Source: Amoebidium appalachense (lineage: Eukaryota; Protista; Ichthyosporea). Taken from it: a stretch of DNA of 64,000 nucleotides. Of the stretch, positions 56,897 through 64,000 are shown piece after piece. Where the stretch lies: contig CAVNZM010000018.1 of NCBI GenBank assembly GCA_963693365.1, positions 1,836,728-1,900,727 of the forward strand, given 5' to 3'. The position numbers and the translations under genes are program-made. Position 1 is the first letter of the stretch. Every line of letters begins with the position of its first letter. The notes beneath the pieces were generated by a model that saw only the letters and a list, made by a program, of their open reading frames with translations, made no database searches and was not told the origin of the DNA.

Positions 56897-57792
56897 AGGG
56901 AGGGAGGGCGGGAGGGAGGGAGAGGGAGAGAGGAAGAGAGAAAAGGGGATGACGAGGAGAGGGGGGAGGGAGGGGCATTCCAACCTTATAGACGATATTC
57001 TGGTCACACCACGTGTTTGTGCATCCCACAGCCACATTGAGCACGTGCGTGATGCCGCATTCCTTGAGTGTCGACCAACAATTAGAGTTTTTCTGGTTGC
57101 CTAGGAAGAGGTATGGAAGTACTTGCGTGGGTCGGCATGCAAATGTTTCCTGTTTTGGAAGGGAGGTTTTAGAAAAGAAAAGAGAAAAAGAAAGACGCGG
57201 GTGGGTGGGTGGGGAAGCGGCTAGGAAAAGGTGGTGTGGGTGGGTGAGTGGGTTGGGGGATATGGGGGGAAGGGGGAAGGTACTAGAACAAAGATGTGTA
57301 GCGAGGGGGGGGGGAGGGGGGGGGGAGCTGTATGCATGAGGGTTGGAATTATCGAGACATCCAGAAGAGGACACAAACACCATGAATGCAAGCATAGAGC
57401 ATGAGAAACAAGCAAGCAACGACACACACTTTGAAGCGCGAAGACATGCCAAAAGGTAGATGCGTTTTTAAAAGTAGCAAGAACATTGTGTCATCGCATT
57501 GGAGGTGGGGGGAGGGGACTGGGCTGCTTACTGGTTGCATAGAACTGTCGGATACGACGGGGGTGCAGGATGCGGTTGAGGGCTGGGGGGTGTCTGATGA
57601 TGCTTCGCAATGTTCCGGGAAAGATGCGTGGAAAGCTGAAAACCCGCCTGATGCGGATAGATAGAGGAGGATTAGGGTGGGTGCGAAAGAAAAAAAAAGT
57701 CTTCAAATGGTGTGCTCATAAGTGAGTCTGCAGAGTCAATATTTCTAGTTTTTCTGTTCTTTTTCCTTTTTTTTTTTTTTCTTTTTCTTTTT

Positions 57793-57823
<31 letters not shown>

Positions 57824-58386
57824 GGGGGGAGGGGGGGGGGGGGGTCCATGTATAAGCGGCATTCATAAAACAGCCCAGCAGCTTAAACAAAAAAATGTCT
57901 GTGTGTATGTGTATGTGTATGTGTGTATGTGTGAACTGTGTGTATGTGTGTGCAAGCACATGCCATTATCTAGTAGGCGCTCGGAAAACTAAACGACCAT
58001 TGGTGTATGCACACCAAGACACACAAGGGCAGTGTGGTAGACACATGCGTGCGCAAACACGTGCATTATATGTTTGTGTTTGATGTATTAAGAGTATATC
58101 GTATTGTGTGGTTTGTGCCAGTGACTGTGCGAGTGTGTAGTAATGTGTGTGCAACACGTGTTTTTCAACGAAAGTGCACACAAACACCAACCCTCTTATC
58201 ACCAGAGTGGGCATGATGCAGGGTAACAATCGAAAGGTACTTGGTGTCTTGTTTGCGTTGCGTGTGCTCTTATAATGACTGAAAAGAAAATTCTACACAG
58301 ACGTAAAGCCCGTCAGAGCAGCAACAAACACGAACACACTCGCACTCCATTTACATTTCTCACACAAGCACACCCACACTAGCCAG

Positions 58387-58427
<41 letters not shown>

Positions 58428-59040
58428 ACCCCAAAAAAAAAAAAAAAAAAAAAAAAAAAAACAGGCAGATCTTACCTTTCAGAACATAAACATTCGGGAA
58501 ATCTTTTGCAAGAACAGCGAGAAGAACAGACACGGAGGACCCGTCCATCTCGGCTACCTGGTCAATTTCGTCATACAGAATAACAGTGTCTGTCGTTCCA
58601 TCCTTACAGATCCTTGTGAGAGAATCTGCTGCGAGAATCTTTTCTAATATGGCTGAACATTGGTTTGCGACGATGCAACTTTTTTGTTTCGCGAATTTCA
58701 AAAGCCTTCTAAGAAGAATGCTTGGGCAGTTTACGTTATACGCTCCTTTGATGTGGCGTTCTGAAAAGGAAGTGTTTGCTCTACAGTCCAATATGAGCGG
58801 TTTTGGTGCATCACCCCGGTGATGTAACCTAACAACAACATCCTTGGGCTCGATGTATGACTCTGCTCTAATTACTGAGCTCGAGCAACTTGTGCTGTCT
58901 CGCGTGCAAAACGAGAGAGACGTGAGTCCGCGTCCCCCTGAAACCACCCCACACGAAGGGGCTGGGCCCCCTATTTTCAGCCCCAAACCCGAGAACATGG
59001 CTGTACTTCCCTCCACACAAGGGATGACTATCTTCAACAT
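55123..59040 (-). CDS. Dual-specificity MAP kinase phosphatase (rhodanese/CH2 domain + DSP catalytic domain), ~452 aa
   Basis: Exons 59040-58476, 57647-57532 (donor GTAAGC; a later donor is possible), 57149-56985 and 55635-55123. Rhodanese ILDCR..F...HIKGAYNV, kinase-docking ILLRRL, LKGGFSAF, PTQVLPYLFLG, catalytic IHCVGGISRS, AYLM, PNLGFMGQL. Confidence 0.92.
56150..56810 (-). mobile_element. Dispersed element, subfamily A, longest copy (DUSP intron 3)
   Basis: 56150-56575 matches 537-965. A further ~235 bp of complex sequence on its 5' side (56576-56810) may belong to the element (not shown by a second copy). Confidence 0.8.
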
Positions 59041-60375
59041 TTAACGGTAACTGAACAAAGTATCTCTCTGTACGATATATGAATATATGGTGCAGGTACG
59101 TACTTGTTAGAACATAGCAAGAAGGGAAAACGTAAAAACTAAAAACCTCGTCACGGTACACACACGAACGAACGAAGGTGCGAACGAAGCCGGAATGAGC
59201 CTAAGCACCGGCAATATATATGGAGCCGGCGTCGAGAACGTTTGCGTGATAAAAAATAGTTTCGATTGGCTTAGAGGCTTCTTAAAGATGGTTAAGATGA
59301 TTCTGCCAATGGAAAACAGCTGTCGCCTTGCTGATGCCAAGATGACGTAAAAATGTTATGTCCAGCACTGAGCTTTGCGCATGCCGAGATACTATGCATA
59401 TATATGCTGAAGTACAAAGTGTAAAACGATATCTCTAACTGTTATGTTCTAGAATACCTTAAAAAACACTCTAATAATAAACTGCTTGAAAAATAGCTGC
59501 ACATGTCATTCATAGGGGCGTGTGCTCGTGGTTGGGGCAGGTCTACACACAGCTGTGCGCGTGATAAGGCCGAAGGGTCGGGCCGGCACAGTATCGCCGG
59601 ATCTGAGTAGTGTAAATATTTCGAAGTCAAGAACATACCAAAGGAGTAAAAGCCTCTTGGGCCTGCTTTGCACCTTTCAAAAAGTTGATAACTACGAATA
59701 TAGCACCATTTTAACAATATAAATAAATAAATTGCTCTTATGTATAATTATGTCTGGCTATTCTCAAGTATCACCTGTAACTTGGTCACAGATGAATCAC
59801 CCAAGCCAAAGGTGATTGGCTAACTGTGGTACACACATTTTGACGTCAGCATGACACACGGCGAAACGCGCTGAGCCGAATCAATCCGCTTATCCAATCA
59901 ACACGAGTTATGTGACTCATGTCTACTGGAAGAAAAGTGAGGATCCTCATAAGTTACAAAGGGCGTATATGAGTGAAATAAACCAAGGAAGAAATGATTT
60001 TCTACCAAATTATTATAAAGTTTCAGAAGTTAGACTATGTATACTTGGGTTGCTTACGTGGAAGGGGAATGAATAGGCAGGCTCTAATGATAGCTGTTAC
60101 TCTATATGCTCATGCAAATGCATGATCCGGAAACTCAGATCTGTCTGATTGCAAGGATTATTGGCGGATCTCATTAGATGTGATATTATTCGATAACAAT
60201 CATACAAAAAGTACTTCATTTCAATAAAAATGGCCTTTTTATAGCCATTTCAGTCGCACACATCGATTCAAATGTCGCTCTTTATTATCTGCTAATAAAT
60301 AGTATCCTTCGCGCATCCACCCCTAAACCAGGCCATCCGTGGCCCTAAGGGCCGGGGAACACCCCCATCCATGTC

Positions 60376-61560
60376 ATGGCACATGCCTATAATCGTTTCA
60401 GAACCTCTTTCAAAGTTCCATCTACACCCATCACACATGTGCGACCATTAAAACGTCCAGCAGATACACCTACCACAGATGCACAACCAGAAAAACATCG
60501 CCTTAGACTAAGCGCAACACCTATTTACAATACACTACCCATTCAGAATAACACCACACCACTCCGTAGAAACACAATAACAACCATGCCGAAACTTTCG
60601 GTTGATACAGTACTGGCAGAACTTGCCCTCGTTAAGAAACAGCTAAATGAGCTGTTACCACTCAAGAACATGATAGAAAAACTCCAAACAGAAAATACCC
60701 AACTCAAGCTCACCATTGATTCACTCACAGCCCAGCTAAACATTAGTGGATCGCAAAACCCCAAAACTCATGAGCAAACATCTCGCGACGGAGACATTTC
60801 CACCCCAACACAAAACAACACAGGACCGGAAGCACAGCTCCCGGCAGAGTTCCTAGAATATGCGAACTCTCGTAAAACACCCGAGCTCCGCCAAATTGCC
60901 AAGGAAACATATGCCAGCATTCTTGCAGGCAACGAGTACCGCCGCAACTCCCCTCCCAAACCGCCGGCTAAGGGGAACACCCAAGCAAACGGTAACATCA
61001 ACATCCCACCCAAATACGAGAGGGTGTATTTCAAAGTCAAGCACGGCAGACGCCCACACAGGGCCATGTGGTCCATCTTCAAGGCTCTCGGCTTCCGGTG
61101 CTCTCGCATCCTTTGTCTGTCCTTCATTGGATACGATGTGCTGGAAGTAGCAGTACGGGGCGACTATAACCGTGCGTTCATCCGTGACGCGACAAAGGGG
61201 TGTGGAAGCTTCTTCACCCACCTCCCAAGCTACGACCCATGCGCGCCGGAAAACATTCAGAAAGCAGACAAAGAACGTAAAGTGTCTGCTAAGAATGCGT
61301 GCGCCACACGTTGTCGTGTACGCATCAGCAAGGCAAAAGAGTTCCTCGCAAAGTTGGAAAACGATGCTACGAGCGTGATAGACACGGACACGAAGGAACC
61401 AATGTTTTCTGGTGAGAAACTGCTCGAGCGCAAACGCCGATGCGAGATGGAAATCGAGCTCTTCTGCGAACTGTTCGCGCTGGCGGAAGGTCGTGCATAC
61501 GACCCCGTAAGCGACAAGTGGGAACCAACCCCACAGGTGTCGGACCAAACCGATGCCTAA
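60376..61560 (+). CDS. LINE ORF1 (gag-like) protein, 394 aa
   Basis: Intronless ORF immediately upstream of APE-RT. Coiled coil (LKNMIEKLQTENTQLKLTIDSL), TYASIL motif and an RRM-like segment. Confidence 0.8.
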   Translation: MAHAYNRFRTSFKVPSTPITHVRPLKRPADTPTTDAQPEKHRLRLSATPIYNTLPIQNNTTPLRRNTITTMPKLSVDTVLAELALVKKQLNELLPLKNMIEKLQTENTQLKLTIDSLTAQLNISGSQNPKTHEQTSRDGDISTPTQNNTGPEAQLPAEFLEYANSRKTPELRQIAKETYASILAGNEYRRNSPPKPPAKGNTQANGNINIPPKYERVYFKVKHGRRPHRAMWSIFKALGFRCSRILCLSFIGYDVLEVAVRGDYNRAFIRDATKGCGSFFTHLPSYDPCAPENIQKADKERKVSAKNACATRCRVRISKAKEFLAKLENDATSVIDTDTKEPMFSGEKLLERKRRCEMEIELFCELFALAEGRAYDPVSDKWEPTPQVSDQTDA

Positions 61561-64000
61561 TTTATCCTTCTTCTTCTGGAATGCTCGGACACTGGGCCCC
61601 CAAAAGGGCCTCCCCCCCGGGACACTCGACGATAAAATCAGCTACATACAACAACAGACAAACAACCACACGTTTACAGTGATTTGCGAAACACAGTTTA
61701 AAAACCACCACAAATTCAACTCTACATTGGTCGACACATCCACACACCCCGGTTACGCGAAAAACCGAGGCATTATTGTACTTGCCGCACCACACGTGAG
61801 AGTGAAGTGCAAACCGGTAGCAAAAACGGAATTCTCGGTTTCTATAGAGTTTCTTTCTAATGTTTTTACTTTTGTATATTACCCACCATCTATGTCGGTT
61901 GTCGAATTGACTCACGAGTTGTCACAGTTACCAATGTCCACTGTTATTTTAGGTGATTTTAACACGCGACTCCACCACACAGACACACTGCAAGTGAGTG
62001 TCGGGTACCCATCTAAGCCCCCGGAGCGTGCTATCCCTTTAGCAAGGTATGTCCAAAGTCACACTTTGCGGTTCCCTCAAATATCCCATGCCCACAACAC
62101 CGACTGGGGAGTGGCCTTTTGGCCATCAACCATGTCAAAACTCTCTCTCCCTCCTAACCTCTCTAGGTCATCTGACCACTCTCCTATCCTTTTCCTACCT
62201 AAGATCTCCCTTGATCTGCTCCCCCCTCCCCCTCCCACCTTTCGCCTCCGTCTATCCCAGCTTAAGTCACAGTGGGGTAGAGTTGATGTATGTGTATGCT
62301 ATGCTACGAAACACCCTATATATATGCGCCTATTAGAATCTGCACAAGCCAGGCCAGATTCACATCTCGTACTAGATACATGCACTAACTTTATTGTTGA
62401 TGATTTGATAGATCTCGGTGATTATGCTGGCGGTGGTAGGAAGGAATATCCCGATGCTCTCTTGTTACCAAACACCACTCCCGCTAGACAAGGTGAACCC
62501 CTGTCTCAAAAGGAAAGCTTGCGCCGGCTTGCTAGTATGAATCGATTTGGCCCCCCTGCTCGTATTATTGGTGATACCACTGGAGACCCCCTCATAGACT
62601 CTGATAAGTATTTCTCGGAACTGTTTAAAGATAGGACCCCCGCTCAGAAACCTATTGTGTGGCCTGTAGACCCATCTATCCCCATAGAATCGATCCTCCC
62701 CTTTTTCAGTCCCGATGCCATATGGTCTGTGATATCTAGTTATAGCTCTAGTAAGTCTTGTGGACCTGATGGACTCCCTGCTGGGTTTCTTAAAATCCTT
62801 GTTCCCTCCTACCCACAAAAGGAAAGTGATCGTGCTATTAAACCTGATCTTACTATCATGTTAAGCTCTCTCTTTTCTTGGTGTGTTAAATGTGGACATG
62901 TCCCGTCATCTTGGTTAGATACCTTAGTGATCCCCATAGTTAAGAAGGACTCTGAGGGCCCCATATCATCCTTTCGCCCCATTACACTAACCCAGGTTGT
63001 TCGTAGATTCTTTGAAGCTTGCTTACTTAGGTTATTTGCACATCACCCTAGGTTTCAATCTATTCTTCACATACACCCATGCCAATCCGCTTTTCGTAAA
63101 AACAATTCATGTTATGTTCAAATAATGGCACTGCACGATTCTATGCAAGTTGGTGCACAATATGTTGGCTTTATTGATTGGAAAACTGCTTACGATTCTG
63201 TCTCCCCTGGTCTCCTATGGGAAAAGCTTGCTGCACGGGGTGTACCACACTGCATTGGTGTTCTGTTAGAAGCACTCTTGTCTCAAACCTATGGTAGAGC
63301 TGTGGTTAATGGGCATCTTTCATATGGTTTTGCTCGTACTAGAGGTCTCTTGCAGGGTTCATTGCTTAGCCCCTTTTTGTTTAACCTATTTATAGATGAT
63401 TTGGCTGTCAAGATTTACGCCGAAAACGATGACCCTATTAATAACTTTCCGCCTGCACTTCTCTATGCTGATGATCTGTCCCTCCTTGCCCGTACCCCTA
63501 GACGCCTGCAAAGATTGTTCGATGTAGTGTCAGAGTGGTGCAAGGCAAACCTTATGATCCTTAACATAGACAAATGTGGTGTTCTTGTACCTGATATAGC
63601 TAACAATTTACACACATTTACATTATCATCTAAACCTGTACCTATAGTTCCAGAATACAAATATCTTGGTGTTCCGGTTGATTCTGTTGGTGTTATGTTT
63701 CCCCATATGGTCGAAAAGAGGGTAGAGTTGGCTCGTAAGCGGTTAGCTTTCTTCTCGGCTAATATTTTTAAAGACACACCCCTCCATCCTTCTATTAGAC
63801 TTACATTTATTCGCACTTTTGTCTTCCCGGCATGTGAATATGGTTTACCCCTTCTCGCCGCTTGGATCAAGAAAGAGAGAACTAGAGCGCTTAAACCCTT
63901 GGCAAATTTCCTTGAAGCAGAAGTTGCCTCCTTTCTATCTAACAACTGTTGTAAACCTGGGCCTGTAACGCTCTCGATATATGGTCTGGTCCCAATAGCT
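61553..64000 (+). CDS. LINE ORF2: AP endonuclease + reverse transcriptase (partial, runs off window)
   Basis: ATG overlaps the ORF1 stop (ATGCCTAA). Motifs FWNARTL, ICET, ILGDFN, SDH, KSCGPDG, FRPITL, QSAFR, IDWKTAYDSV, GLLQGSLLSPFLFN, LYADDL, YKYLG. I found no stop or frameshift by manual reading; it is absent from the ORF track presumably because it has no stop in the window. Confidence 0.92.
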   Translation, partial: MPNLSFFFWNARTLGPQKGLPPGTLDDKISYIQQQTNNHTFTVICETQFKNHHKFNSTLVDTSTHPGYAKNRGIIVLAAPHVRVKCKPVAKTEFSVSIEFLSNVFTFVYYPPSMSVVELTHELSQLPMSTVILGDFNTRLHHTDTLQVSVGYPSKPPERAIPLARYVQSHTLRFPQISHAHNTDWGVAFWPSTMSKLSLPPNLSRSSDHSPILFLPKISLDLLPPPPPTFRLRLSQLKSQWGRVDVCVCYATKHPIYMRLLESAQARPDSHLVLDTCTNFIVDDLIDLGDYAGGGRKEYPDALLLPNTTPARQGEPLSQKESLRRLASMNRFGPPARIIGDTTGDPLIDSDKYFSELFKDRTPAQKPIVWPVDPSIPIESILPFFSPDAIWSVISSYSSSKSCGPDGLPAGFLKILVPSYPQKESDRAIKPDLTIMLSSLFSWCVKCGHVPSSWLDTLVIPIVKKDSEGPISSFRPITLTQVVRRFFEACLLRLFAHHPRFQSILHIHPCQSAFRKNNSCYVQIMALHDSMQVGAQYVGFIDWKTAYDSVSPGLLWEKLAARGVPHCIGVLLEALLSQTYGRAVVNGHLSYGFARTRGLLQGSLLSPFLFNLFIDDLAVKIYAENDDPINNFPPALLYADDLSLLARTPRRLQRLFDVVSEWCKANLMILNIDKCGVLVPDIANNLHTFTLSSKPVPIVPEYKYLGVPVDSVGVMFPHMVEKRVELARKRLAFFSANIFKDTPLHPSIRLTFIRTFVFPACEYGLPLLAAWIKKERTRALKPLANFLEAEVASFLSNNCCKPGPVTLSIYGLVPIA

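Larger units (their letters stand above)
60300..64000 (+). mobile_element. Non-LTR retrotransposon (LINE, APE-type), 3' end outside the window
   Basis: Short GC-rich 5' leader, then ORF1 and an overlapping ORF2 with endonuclease and reverse transcriptase motifs. The 5' boundary is approximate. Confidence 0.9.

Noticed and set aside
60300-60375. HDV-like ribozyme in the LINE 5' UTR
   Set aside because: Only simple hairpins are visible; the nested double pseudoknot could not be drawn.

Overview
Eukaryotic nuclear DNA with introns full of poly-C/poly-G runs and (CA)n/(TG)n microsatellites. The gene content (an FBXO8 orthologue and a rhodanese-type MAP kinase phosphatase) suggests a holozoan or close relative; this is inference only. 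Almost all ORFs in the supplied track are simple-repeat artefacts. By hand I could splice five genes with consistent GT-AG phases: a membrane-anchored alkaline-phosphatase/NPP-superfamily gene (-), an unknown Ser/Pro-rich protein (-), FBXO8 (F-box plus Sec7, -), a CCHC + 2xCCCH zinc-finger protein with DPR repeats and a prion-like tail (+, needs several homopolymer frameshift corrections), and a DUSP/MKP (-). An apparently intact APE-RT LINE runs off the right end. There are also two MITE-like elements and a 45-bp minisatellite. The most unusual signal is a dispersed element family with about 7 well-preserved copies plus about 15 fragments, in two subfamilies. Copies share a common 3' end followed by poly-C, are variably 5'-truncated, sit in C-runs, lie sense to the host gene wherever a host can be modelled, and carry an RNA secondary structure that covaries between subfamilies. 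It looks like a C-tract-associated, structured non-LTR retroposon system.
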